Origin: Gracilinanus agilis
Taxonomy: Eukaryota
Direction of reading: 5' to 3'
Assembly: GCF_016433145.1 (NCBI RefSeq)
Contig: NC_058131.1
Span: 77,073,454-77,137,453, forward strand
Length of the DNA: 64,000 nt
How positions within the stretch are numbered: position 1 is the stretch's first letter; each line of letters starts with the position of its first letter. The position numbers and the translations under genes are program-made. The notes beneath the pieces were generated by a model. It worked only from the letters and a program-made list of their open reading frames with translations. It was not told where the DNA came from and searched no databases. This document shows positions 1 through 12,250 of this stretch, in pieces.

Positions 1-376
1 CACGTATCGGTCCCATGCCATGGCTGCCAACACGTAGCTGCTCAAATTGCCTGCCATGTGGAAGAAGAAGACTTGGGTCAGGCAGGCTGTGTGACTGATG
101 GACTGGTGTCTAGTAAATAGAGAATAGAGCAATCTGGGGACTGTGGTAGAGGTAAAGCACAGGTCTCCCAAGGACAGGTTGACCAGGAAGATGTACATGG
201 GGGTATGGAGCTGTGGGTCTGAGCTGACCGCCATAAGAATCAACAGGTTTCCCAGAAAGGATGCCAGGTACACCACCAGGAAAAGTAGGAACAGAAAGTC
301 TTGATGGCTAGAGAAGGCCAAGTGGAAGAACTCAGAGACACCAGTCTGATTCCCCACAGTTATATTATTGGTGGAT
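1..376 (-). CDS. Class II olfactory receptor (family 1-like), N-terminal part (N-terminus to TM3); continues off the left edge; no in-frame ATG at the N-terminus
   Basis: Manual minus-strand translation: STNNITVGNQTGVSEFFHLAFSSHQDFLFLLFLVVYLASFLGNLLILMAVSSDPQLHTPMYIFLVNLSLGDLCFTSTTVPRLLYSLFTRHQSISHTACLTQVFFFHMAGNLSSYVLAAMAWDRYV. Contains the GN, LHTPMY and MAxDRY motifs. In-frame TAA at 384-382. Missed by the ORF track because it is edge-truncated. Confidence 0.9.
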
Positions 377-699
377 CTATGTTAGGAAAGGGAGAGAAAG
401 GGTGAGTGATGCTTCTGGTAACTCTTTCCAAAAATTAAATTCATCTACAAAAACCATTGAAGACATTCAAAATGTTGCTCCCCATCCTCCTAAGGTCATT
501 TCCAAAGAGGAGATCTGAAATTGTTTTTAGCTTAAAAAATAACATCACTGAAATAACTGTCCATCCTGTCTCAGCAACATTCTGTACTTGCTACTGGTCA
601 ATCTCTCTGCCTCTGAGAAGTCTAGCCCACAGTAATATTCCTCTTCTAGAATTATTGGTATACACATGTCAGAGCTGAAAGATACCTTAGATAACATTA

Positions 700-1110
700 G
701 AATCAAGAAGGGTCTTAGAACATAGAATGTTTATGTAGAGAATATAGAATGTTAGAGCTGGTAGAGATTTTAGAAGATAAGCTTTATAAAGCATTAATAT
801 TTGTTTATTTTGTTAAATATTTCCCAATTACATGTATTTATATTCTTTTAAAATTTGAGTTCTAAATTTACTCTGTTCCTCTTGCCCCAACCTTACCCCT
901 TGATAAGGAAGCAATATGATACTGATTATTCAGAACATAAGTTGTTAACACAGAGAATATGGACTATTAGAGCTGGGAGGAGCCTTAGAACATAGGATGT
1001 TACAATAGAGAACTGAGAAAATTAGAGGAAGGAGGGAACTTTGAATGTAGAATATCAAAATGGAGAAAATAGAATGTTAGAACTAGGAAGACAGAATGTA
1101 GGATGTTATA
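700..1110. repeat. Degenerate tandem repeat of TAGAA / GAATGTTAGAGCTGG-type units
   Basis: Recurring cttagaacatagaatgtt, gaatgttagagctgg and gaatgttagaactagg units. Confidence 0.5.
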
Positions 1111-1126
1111 ACTATATGGAACTTTT

Positions 1127-1321
1127 TTTTAAACCCTTAACTTCTGTCTTAGAATCAATACTGTGTGTTGGTTCCGAGGCAGAGATCTGGGAGGGCTAAG
1201 CAATAGGGGTTAAGTGATCTGCCCAGGAATAGCTAGGAAGTGTCTGAGGTCAAATTTGAACTCAGAACCTCCCATCTCCTGGCTTGATGCTCTATCCATT
1301 AGGCCACCTAGTTGTCGCCAC
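1127..1321 (-). mobile_element. SINE1_Mdo-type tRNA/CORE SINE with target-site duplication
   Basis: Reverse complement of the SINE body and tail (aaccctta...ttctgtcttagaatcaatactgtg); TSD atggaactttt at 1116-1126 and 1322-1332. Confidence 0.85.
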
Positions 1322-1774
1322 ATGGAACTTTTGAGATCATTTAGTCCAATGATGTAATTTTTACAGAGGAGGAACCTAAGGGGTAATAACTTGTGCAAGA
1401 TTAAGCAATTTGCTCCATGAGTGACTGGCAAAGCTGGAAATAGAACCCATTTTTTAAATGCTATCTTTGGTGCTCTTGCAACTATGCATAGTGGTTTCTC
1501 AGAGCACATTTAGATAGTTGAGGAGAGGCATCAGACAGGTGCTACCCTTGTGAGCCAAAGTCTGCCAAGTGAATGTATTTTCTGGGATCTGACCCTGAAT
1601 ATTGAGATACTCTCATTTCCAGGTGACAATCTTCAAGTCCTCTTAATCCCATCTCCACAACAGCTCTTGAAATCATTTGTTCTCTTGTCTTGGCTCCCAA
1701 GGCTATCTACCTTTGTTCAGTTCTCCATCACTGTTCATTGGACTACTATATTGTAATAGCTAGCATTTTTATGA

Positions 1775-2005
1775 GGCAGTAAGATGATGTAGTAGACTGA
1801 ATGCCCGAAGTGGTGTTAGAACCCAAAATCTGACCTCAGTCACTTAGTAGCTGTGTGTCCCATGGCAAGTCACTTAACCCTGTTTGCCTCAGTTTGCTCA
1901 TCTGTCAAATGAGTTGGAGAAGGAAATGGCAAACCACTCCATTGTCTTTGCCAAGAAAACCCCAAATGGAAGCATAAAGAGTTGGACATGATTGAACAAC
2001 AACAA
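1775..2005 (+). mobile_element. MAR1 CORE-SINE
   Basis: CORE sequence (gcaagtcacttaaccctgtttgcctcagttt) followed by the RTE-derived tail ggagaaggaaatggcaaaccactcc...gaacaacaacaa. Confidence 0.8.
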
Positions 2006-2595
2006 GCATTTATTTAGCATTTGAAGACTTGCCAAGTGCTTTTCCAAATATCTCATTTTCTCCTCACAACATCTCTGAGGCAGTACTATTATCTTTATTT
2101 TATAGATGTGGAAACTGGAACTGAGATACCTTAAGTGCCTTATCCTAATGTCTAAGGTAGGATTTGAACTCAAGCCTTCTTGTCTCCAAGTCCATCACTC
2201 TCTCCTCTGAGTCATCTAATTGCTTTTAAAATGCTCTTCTTATCTGCCTAATTGTTGATAAGCTTTTTTCCCTTCACCCCATCCTCCTTATAGTTGCCAA
2301 AATCATCTTTCTAAGGAACAAGTCAGATTTTCTAGCTTACAGTCCTTCAGTGGATCCCTATTGCCTCAAGATAACAGACAAAGTCTGGCATTGAAGCCTG
2401 CACTTTCCCTTTGCAGATCCATTTCATATTCTTCTTTACATGCTCTGTGCTCCAGGCAGATTATTCTGAATGGATTTTTGAGGTAACACAGGCTTTCCTC
2501 CATCCCAAGAAAGCTGCAAAATCTTTCCTTTACTTGAAGGCTCAGCTCAGGTACCTCCTACTCTGAAGGCTTCTCTGGTCTCACAAGTTATTAAT

Positions 2596-2810
2596 TCTCT
2601 GTCTCTGTCTCTGTCTCTGTTTTTCATCTTCTTTTTCTCCCTCTCCCACTTCCTCTCCCTCCCTCCCTCCCTCTTTTCCTCCTTCCCACATCTCTCTCTC
2701 TCTTCTTTTCTCTCTCCCTCTCTCCCTCTCTCTCTCTCCTCTTCTCTCCTCTCTCTGTCTCTCTCCCTCTTCTATTCTCTCTCTTCTCTTCTCTCCCCCT
2801 CTCTGTCTTG
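2596..2810. repeat. Polypyrimidine (TC/TCCC/TCTG) simple-repeat tract
   Basis: About 215 bp of almost pure C/T on the plus strand. Confidence 0.9.
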
Positions 2811-4170
2811 GACCTACCCAATCCACCCTTCACCCAAGTATCTCACAACTGAGATGCAGATGGATTCAAATCCCTGCCTTTTATATCTGAGCCCAACTGC
2901 CCTGGCTCCTGCCAGTCTCCTGCCAAGCTCAATCCATTCCACATTCTAAGCAGGTAACTGTCCATCATCTTGACTTCAACATGGCTATCAAATATTTTCT
3001 TAACAGGCTCCACAATACCTGCTTTAGCTGCCTTCTTGACTATTGGAACAAAATGTTCTCATCTGTCCATTGCACTGAGGGAAGTCTTCACATGCTTGGG
3101 ATAAACGTCCTCCTAACTCACAGATGGGTTTGAAGTTTGTTGGTTACCCCCAACCTGATTTAGACCATTTGCTTATAAAAGAAAAAAACTGGGAAGCAAC
3201 TTTCTGGGCTCAGATTGACATTTATTGTTAGATCAATAAATCACAACATCAGAGTCAGAGTCATGCCTTGGGTGGTCTAAGACCTTGAGGAAGCAGAATT
3301 TTTCATAATCTATGCAAAGTTTTTATAATCTATGCAAAAGAGTAACAAACTTACCCTAGAAAAGGGAGAGGTGACAGCTACTATTTTCATTTTCTGGAAT
3401 GTCTCCTTCAAGATCATCAGACTTTTTCTTATCTTGGAGCCAATTTCATCATCTTTGTTCTGTGTATGGTAACAAACAGGTGGCAGATGTCACTCTGTAG
3501 CTGAGATGTTAAAAATCTACAGACTTCAGGAATGTTTGGACACATTCCAGTTTGCTGGAGGAATGTGCACAACTCCTGATGTTTTTGTAAAGCACTTCAA
3601 GAAATTTTCCTTGTTATTTTACTCTTAAAATGATTACTAATTACTGATTCTTATACATAATTATTCAATCAATTAATAATGGATTATTCTATATTGTTTA
3701 TCACTAAAAATTGATTTATCTAATGTGATTACACATAAGATATATAACTTTGAGGAGACATTAAATAAATATAAACTCAATTTGTTTAAATTACTTTTTA
3801 TAGTTACCCTCTTTAGGCTACCTTTGGACCCATTCCAAAGAATGAAGTTAACTACTGAAATTCTTTAGTGCTCACAACGTAAAGATTGCCATATATTTGT
3901 TATTTAAAGTTCATTTTGGCATTATATAATAATTCCCTGGTGCATGTCTTGAGGTTTTCTGACTTAAATTGTCTGTTTCATCTTTTATTATTACCACCAT
4001 TCTTGCTTTTAAAAAAACCTTACATTTGTGCAAAACATTTTAAATCTGTCACTTAATTTTTAAAATATATGTGTGTATGTAAATTATTATGATAGGGGCT
4101 GGTGAAATATATTTTGGCCTTGCATATTTCTTGGGAATAAAAAGTAAATAGGAAAGACACAGCTTTGAAT

Positions 4171-4560
4171 TCAGTCTAGTACAGAACCAAAGCAATATTT
4201 AAGTAACATCACACCAAGGGTAATAATGGCTAAAACAATGAGTGCCCATTTGAAGGTGGTAGACATAATTCTAGTACCTGAAAGCCAGAAACAAACTAAG
4301 GAGCCAAGAAAACAGGTCCCACCATGAATGACATGAGGAAACATGAGTCTCATTTGCAATTTGGTGAGCTTTGCTGTAACCCCTTGGAGTAAGTAGACGT
4401 CTGAGATGTCACCAGGATAAATATGAACAACAGGACTGATTAGTGATGACAGTGACCTCCTTTGTGCAATATTGAGGAGGGTAAGAGCAAGTTGATTCTG
4501 AATAATCAATTCTGAGATAATAGTAACTCTGTAGCATTTTGTCTCGAGTCTTTGGGGAGT
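4171..4560 (-). pseudogene. env: Class I (gamma-type) retroviral env TM-subunit remnant
   Basis: With frameshifts: ELIIQNQLALTLLNIAQ (ISD-like) / GGHC / VITNQSCCSY (CX6CC) ... SWWDLFSWL / FKWALIVLAIITLGVMLLKYCF (membrane anchor). Confidence 0.65.
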
Positions 4561-4563
4561 CTT

Positions 4564-5206
4564 TGTGAGAATTTAACACTAACCTGAGCTCTTATTCTTT
4601 TTCTTGGTGCCCTAAATTCAGTCTTGGGTTTTAAAGGGGAAATTTTCATATTCATTTTGAATATACCAGGTTATCTGAGCTTGTTACCCTTCCATGAATG
4701 AAGAACAATGGGGCTTATTTGCATAAGGGGGATGCATGCACTTGGGAGGAAGCCAGAAGCTTCAGAGCACCTAGAAGACACCTCTTGTCCCAGGTGATTC
4801 CTGGCATTTGGGGACCTGCCCCTGATCCAGATTGAAGCTGTCTGCAAAATCAGAGGGACTCAGAAAAAGTGAGGTTGCTAAAAAAAGTAAGTTTGGGTCT
4901 GGAAAGGAAGGAAGCCTCTTTTGCCCAGAACTGTAGAGAGAGGAGGTGGCTAGGAGAGCATGCTAGCACACTGTGCCACTGGCTCCTTGACCCTGGGATC
5001 ACATAAGGGAAACTGTGCAGCAGACCCAGGGAAAGTGGTTAGGAGAATACAAGCTCAGGCAAGCACTGACTAGAGGAGGCTTACAAGGGGAACAACCAGC
5101 CATATGTGGTTTGTGCCTTTTCTTTCTCTGACCTGCTCTTTCAATTTATTTAATAATTATAAATTAAGATACAATCTCCAGAGAATTTTAATTCTAACAT
5201 TATACA
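4564..5206 (+). mobile_element. Solo LTR inserted antisense into the env remnant
   Basis: TGT...ACA termini; 5-bp flanks gtctt / gtttt (1 mismatch); LTR-like composition. Confidence 0.55.
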
Positions 5207-6792
5207 GTTTTTGCATAAGAGCAATGGAGCCAAGCATTATTTTCCTTCAATCTTAACAGTGGTAGGAGTTGTTAACAGTTTCTAGAATGATCCTTCCGAG
5301 GAGGGTTCTCCAGTGGAAATTTTTTATTTAGACTCTGTTACCAAGTTGAAAATCCATAAAGGGGGAAAAATCAAGAGATCCAAGATGTGTATTAATATTC
5401 ATTTTGTGTAGTTCCTTTAGCTTTTTCTGGAGGGATTTGATATGAGAGGAAACAAAGGTCTCTTCCCTAGTCGTACACTGAGGAGAAAGGTGATCAAACA
5501 TTTCATAAGATAATACTTCTCCCCTCTGTTTCTAATTCAAATAGAAGAGAGCCAAGGGCAAAATATCAGGTCATTTAAGTGGCTTTCAGCCTAAAGTGTC
5601 CCTGTCATGGTCATAAGTTCCCTGTTTATCTTCTCAACTTGTAAACAGAAGGAGCAAATATATATAGTGAAATAAAAAGCAAAGATAATACAATAGTGAT
5701 TATCAACATTAACTAACATCATGTCTCCTTGCATTTTAGTAGTCCACTTCCAGTATCAACAAATTTCATCTTTGATCTCAGATGTCTTATGTAGTTATTT
5801 GAGCTCCAAAAGCATCTCTTCTCAGACATCCCGGAATAGGTCTCCTCTTTAACAGATTAGTTGGGGTTTTTTTGCTTCCAAGTTACATGTACAAATTCTT
5901 TAGATGTTCCGTTAAAATATTTAACAAAGCAAATCTGATTACAAATCAGTATAGCTTTTCAAATATTAATTCTCCAATAATCAGTTGAAGTGGTGAAAAT
6001 CATCCAAAATCTTATGGCCTTCATTAACAATAAAACTTATGTTGCACTTAAAATTCAGAAAATGCTCCATTAGAATAATTTACATTTGACATACAGGATA
6101 GTTTTTGCTTTTTCAAAACTTTCTACTCCACTTAATTCTATTATCTTTAGGAAGACCAAATGCTATTAGGGATCTGATCACATATATAAAAATAGAAGTA
6201 ACATGTTTTCATTTAGTTTTTCCACTGCTAAGTTCAATGATTGTGTAAGTGGATTTATTTGTAAGAGGTTGACTCAATTCCATTTAAAACAATAACTTGG
6301 AGTGGGGGAAAGGTGCATTTAAATAATTTCCAGTTGCACATAGAGAACAGTGTAAGTTCTTAGCCACAATCAAATGAAGAAGATATTACACATTCTCATA
6401 CACACAAACAAATAGTTACATTCTCAAAGAATAAGATGTTTCAGAGGCTTAATCTATTATTTAATTAAGCATCAACAGTCAGGTGACAAGTTTCAAATAC
6501 CAGTTCACTTGGCTGTTTGGAATACAGAATGACTACATATTAGATTGAAAACTGACATTTTTTGTTTCTTTTTCATTATGACTCATATCTTCCATACACC
6601 ACTTGCTCTGAGTATAGAAATTTGCTATGGAAGGGAAAAAAAACTGGGATAGGATTATAACAGAATCAAAATTGGCCCTTTTAGAAATAAACCTCAAGGT
6701 CACAGAGTGATTTATTATTCATAATTTTATTTACTTTAATATATTTTAACAATATATATATTGTTAAAATATGTTAAATATATATAACTGTT

Positions 6793-6985
6793 GGGGGCAG
6801 CTGGATGGATTAAGAGCCAGGCTTAGAGTTGGGAGATACCGGTTCAAAATCCAGGCTCAGACATCACACTGAATGACTCTAGGCAAATCACTTAATTCCC
6901 AGTCTAGCCCTTACCATTCTTCTGCCTTAGAACCAATATACAGTATTGATTCTAAGAGAGACAGTAAAAGCTATAAAAATAAAGT
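6793..6985 (+). mobile_element. SINE1_Mdo-type SINE
   Basis: gggggcagctgg head; tctagcccttaccattcttctgccttagaaccaatatacagtattgattctaag tail. Confidence 0.75.
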
Positions 6986-7391
6986 GTTTTATGTCCTCTT
7001 TTCTCTATTTCCTTGATCTCGGTAATGGCCACAATGAGTTGGGAATGGCAAGTAGAGGCATACTAAAATAATGTGAAACTCAGTGTATGACAAAAAAATA
7101 GTTTAATTTCTCCAAATTTGTAAATATGCCTGTTTCAAAATAATGGGCATCTGTGTTAAAGGTTATACATTCTAAGTTAGGAGATTTAAACTGCTTTTGA
7201 AAATGATAAACCTTATTGGGTTTGGTAAATATCAGGCATACGGTATGTTTTCTGGTATAATTGAGAAGAAAATTTTACTGCTAAATATATTTTAACTGGA
7301 AGGATTTCTGAGTCATATTATATAGTGCACTATTATAATTTCATCTAAACTATTGCACAATTATGTCCCTAAAAGCCTGAGAATAGTATTT

Positions 7392-7577
7392 TTTTAATTT
7401 TAAACCCTTAACTTCTGTGTATTGACTTATAGGTGGAAGATTGGTAAGGGTAGGCAATGGGGGTCAAGTGACTTGCCCAGGGTTACACAGCTGGGAAGTG
7501 TCTGAGGCCGGATTTGAACCTAGGACCTCCCGTCTCTAGGCCTGGCTCTCAATCCACTGAGCTACCCTGCTGCCCCC
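7392..7577 (-). mobile_element. Young SINE1_Mdo-type SINE with 15-bp TSD
   Basis: Near-consensus body with CpGs retained; TSD ctgagaatagtattt at 7377-7391 and 7578-7592. Confidence 0.9.
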
Positions 7578-7619
7578 CTGAGAATAGTATTTTAAATATA
7601 CTTTATAAGTGAAGAAAAT

Positions 7620-8585
7620 TAAGTTCATTTAATTAATTAATTAATTAATTAATTAAGAATATTTTTCCAGGGTTACATAATTCATGTTCTTTCCCTCCCC
7701 TTCATCACCTCCCTGTTGTAGCCAACTAGCAATTCCACTGGGTTTTACATGTCTGATTGAACCAGACCTGTTTACATATTATTAATATTTGCATTAGGGT
7801 GATTAGAATCCCCAATCATATGTCCATCGACCCATGTGATCAAGCAGTTGTTTTTCTTCTGTGTTTCTACTCCCACAGTTCTTCCTCTGGATTTGGATAG
7901 TGTTCTTTCTCATAAGTCCCTCAGAATTGTTTTGGATAATTGTATTGCTGCTAGTAGAGAAATCCATTACATTAGATTGTGCCACAGTGTGTCTGTCTCT
8001 GTGTATAATGTTCTGGTTCTGCTCCTTTCACTCAGCATCAATTCCTGGAGTTCATTCCAGTTCACATGGAATTCCTCCAGTTCATTATTCCTTTTAGCAC
8101 AATCACCATCAGATATCACAATATGTTCAGCCATTCCCTAATCGAAGGGCATCCCTTCATTTCCCCATTTTTTTTGCCATCACAAAGAGCAAGGCTATAA
8201 ATATTTTTGTATAAGACTTTTCCCTTGTTTTCTCTTTGGGGTATAAATCCAATAGTGGTATGGCTGGATCAAAGGGTAGACAATCTTTTAAAGCACTTTG
8301 GACATAGTTCCAAATTGCCTTCCAGAATGGTTGGATCAATTCACAACTCCACCAGTAATGCATTAATACACCTATTTTGCCACATCCCCTCCAACATTTA
8401 CAACTTTCCTTTCCTGTCATATTGGCCAATCTGCTAGGTGTGAGGTGGTAGCTCAGGGTTGTTTTGACTTTCATTTCTCTTATTATAAGAGATTTAGAGC
8501 ACTTTTTCATTTTCTTATTGATAGTTTTGATTTCTTTATCTGAAATTGCTTATTCATGTGCCTTGACCATTTATCAATTGGGGAT
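7620..8585 (-). mobile_element. 5'-truncated L1 (ORF2 C-terminus plus 3' UTR)
   Basis: ORF-track fragments such as KTTLSYHLTPSRLA...FDPAIPLLDLYP...KIFIALLFVMAK; T-rich end at the left. Confidence 0.9.
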
Positions 8586-9659
8586 TTACATAGCATTTTG
8601 AGGTTTATGAAATGTTTTATAAACATCATTTCATTTTATCTTCATAACAACCCCAGGAGGTAAATTATATCATTCCCACTTTACAGACGAGGAAACAGAG
8701 GCAGACAAATTAATTAACCTGTCCAAGGTTGCACAACTTAGTAAAGGTCCGGAGCCAGATGCAAACATACGTTTTCCCAACCCCAAGTTTAACATACTAT
8801 CCACTGAACCACCTCTAAGCATTGTTATATTAGTAAATGAACCATCTTGACTAGTGATGGCCCCTTTTCATTTCAAAAAAACTTTCAATATTCCCTCAAA
8901 AATGATAAGGAAAATAAAAGTTTATTTTCAAAACTGGAAGTTTAACTATTTGCTACTTATTGCAATGGTGCAATAAGTTTTGTTTTGTAAAAAAGACAGA
9001 ATCAGCTATCTGCTTTATCAAAATGTGACTAGGAAGAGAAGACATAAGATTTGCCAAACTGACACTTAGGTTCCTAGAGTCTCACATCATCAAATGTTGT
9101 TGTCTGGTGAAACTCCTTTGGTTGGAGATTGGTCTGTTTCTTTACTGAATTTGATTCCTTTTCTCTTCCTTAAGTCTGAAGAACACTGATGAATTAACGG
9201 GTATGTCAAAGACAAAATTGAAAGAGCAACATTAATTAACACGAATTCTGGGAACCTGCGTTACTGTCAAGAGCTGAGGTCATGGGGTCCCAATCATTAG
9301 CAGAGAAAACTCAGTAAAAATCTCTCAGTAGTAATAATATTAAACCTCACTGAAGTTTAGCTGCATGGAACCCAAAAGACTCTACCTCCAGCCACTAATT
9401 CTCTTTGCTCTTCACTTCTGCAGGCTCCTACATTATAAATTCCTTTTCTATAAAGAAAATTTTAAAAGATTAAGTTTCCTCAATTTGGGAGATTTAAATG
9501 GGAAAGATACAAGTCTATTAAATCTCAAAAAAGAGGAACACGAATATGTTTTTTGAATGACATAATACTAGAATGAATCTGTTCCCTCCCTCTCCACCCA
9601 GCCTCTTCATCTGCAACATAAACTTGAAAAGATGTGAATTATCTAGAAAATGTAGGTAA

Positions 9660-10330
9660 GATGTGAATGGGTAGTTTTTAGATAAAGAAATCAAAGCCAT
9701 ATATAGGTATATGAAAAAATGTTCTAAGTCACTACTGATTGGAGGAATGCAAACCAAAATAATTCTGAGGTATCACCTCATCATACCCATCATATTGCCT
9801 AAAATGACAAAAGGGAGACAAATATTAGAAGGATGTAGAAAAATAGGGACACATACTGTTGGTAGAACTGTGAACTGATTCAACCATTTTGAAGGGTAAT
9901 TTAGAATTATATCCACAGTTTTAAACTCAGTATATCCAAAGACCCAGCAATAACATTTCTCTATGGTGGTAAAGAACTGGAAGTCAAAGGAATATCTATC
10001 AAATGGAAAATGACCAAACAAATTTTGCTTTATATTTATGATGGAGTACTACTGTGCCATAAGAAATTATGAGGATATTAATTTTTTAAAACTTGGAAAG
10101 AACTACATGAGATGATAAAGAGTGAAATGAGAGGTACCAAGAGAATAATATATTCAGCTACAGATTTAATATTAGAAGAATAACTCATGAATGTTTTCCT
10201 CCAAAGTGAACTGAAAAATGGAAACAAGAACTATATTACATATATATATTTATTTATTTGCCAGATGATGCTTTCTATAGTGTAGGGAGATAAAGGAGTC
10301 GAGCTACCTAGACATGAATTCTATTAATAA
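9660..10330 (+). mobile_element. Old L1 3' fragment (duplicated at ~30130-30800)
   Basis: aatgcaaaccaaaataattctgaggtatcacctc... (ORF2 C-terminal region) and a decayed 3' UTR. Confidence 0.6.
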
Positions 10331-10811
10331 AAGTAATCATATAAATATATATTTATATGTATATATATACTGATATTTTATAAGAAAAAGGTGAAGATTT
10401 AAATCAATCATTCATAGCTCAAAAATAATTATTATGATTTTGAACCATAAAATCATTCTCAGTGTAGGCTTTCTGATTTCCTTCTTAGTTTAACCTATAC
10501 TTAAGTATCAGCTCCTTCTGCAATATCTCCAACAAATCACCATTCAGCCTCAGCCTGAAAACCTGCAGTATGGAGAACTTAGTGCCTTCTGAGGCAGCAT
10601 TATCTTACTTTTGTCAGATCTAATTCTTAGAAAGTTTCTTCTCAGCTAAAATCTTGCCTCTATGTAAATTCTGCTCATTGCTTTGAGTTTTGTCCTCTGA
10701 GGTTAAGCCAGATGAGTCCTTCACTGTAGACCTTCAGATCATTGAAAACAGATACAACATTGGTTGAAAAATTTTCAAGTAGATTAAATATGGATTATGC
10801 AAATGCAATTT

Positions 10812-11005
10812 CTTTTTTAAACCTTTATTTTCCATCTTGGGATCAATATTGGTTCCAAGACAGAAAAGTGGTAAGGGCTAGGAAATTAGGATTAAAATCT
10901 CACCCAGGGTCACACAGCTAGAAAGGAGCTGAGACGAGTTTTGATTCCAGGACCTCCAATCTCCAGGCCTAGCCTCCAATCCACCAAGCCACATAGTTGC
11001 TCTGA
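10812..11005 (-). mobile_element. SINE1_Mdo-type SINE (paralogue at ~31455-31648)
   Basis: ggttccaagacagaaaagtggtaagggctagg...cccagggtcacacagcta. Confidence 0.7.
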
Positions 11006-11890
11006 ACATATTTCATCTAAAAATGAATCCCAAGATGGAACTGGTTTTCTTGACTATTCCTACACTACCTGATACATTTCAAATGAATTACTGTGTAAAC
11101 ACATATTCTACCTATTGTTCTTGTACCATTGATTTTAAGTTATTTTTTTAAATTTTTAAATGTATTTTCTTTTTTCATTACAAACATTTAAGAATTACTG
11201 CTACTTCTTGAGAAATTTTTTGTACCCAAATAAAACATATAATTAAAATTAATAATACAGTTAATTCAACTAAAAGTGCACATGGCATTTTATATCTGAA
11301 GCATCCTACCAGCTCTCAATTTAAACATTTTAAAAAATTTATTCTCTACTACTCCCAGCCCTACTACATTGGAAAAAAAGAAAAATGAATTTATTATAAT
11401 AAACGTACCTAGTCAAACAAAAAAATCCTTCAGTGGTTAATCTGTCATCTCTCTGTAAAGGATAGCATGTTTCATCATCATGATCAGTCCTATGGAATGA
11501 TGAATGGACATTGTATTAATCCTAGTTCTTAAAAATTTCAAAGTTTTTTGTTTTATAGTGTTATTGCATAAATTGTTCTCCTGATCCTTCTTTTTTTCTA
11601 GGTATTAGTTTATAAAAGTCCTCAAAATTGCACATATATTAATAGGAGTACAAATTGTCCTTCTAACTCTGCTGACTTCATTCTTTCTTTTGTAATGGAA
11701 AAAGAAGAACCAGAAGGCAAAGAAACATTGAGGAATTGCAGAATCATTTGTGATCTATTCATGTAATGTTGAACTACTATGCTGTAGGAAATGAGGAAAC
11801 TGATGATTTCAAAAGTCTATACAAATTTATATGAACTGATGCTATTGATTTTTTTAAATGCAAGAGCTAGACTTCAAAATTTCTCCCTAT

Positions 11891-12250
11891 TGTAATTAGT
11901 TTTTGCAAGAAGCCATCTTGGACAAACAGTTGCTAGTTGACAGTTCAGAGTTTAGAATTTCCAGATCTGGCATGAGCTGGCATGAGACTGGAAAAGACTG
12001 TTGGAGCAACCCCTATAAATAGTAGATCAACCTTAAATGAAGGAACTCAGTATTGAGTGATTGGTAGGTGGATAGGGTGGTAGGAAATCTCTCCAGCCAA
12101 TCTAAAAGCTGTACCATAAACTTGCAACAGTTGGTCCTATTTAGGGGCAGTTGCTCGGACCTGATAGTCTCATAGTTTGCTATCAACTATTATTTACCAT
12201 CATCAATCAAATCATTTATCAATAACATAAAGAAACCATCCCTGAAGATC
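11891..12250 (+). mobile_element. Possible LTR remnant (identical copy at +20645)
   Basis: TGTAAT start, TATAAATAG box, LTR-like composition; no TSD found. Confidence 0.3.

Noticed and set aside
2581-2833. Glu/Arg-rich ORFs
   Set aside because: Translation of the purine strand of a simple repeat
3349-3400. Strong minus-strand donor AGG|GTAAGT with an upstream ATG as the first exon of the left OR
   Set aside because: The ATG frame gives phase 0, while the conserved acceptor needs phase 2, and the phase-2 frame has stops; it could still be a non-coding exon
5900-6600. Possible processed pseudogene or transposase remnant
   Set aside because: All frames are interrupted and no motif was recognised
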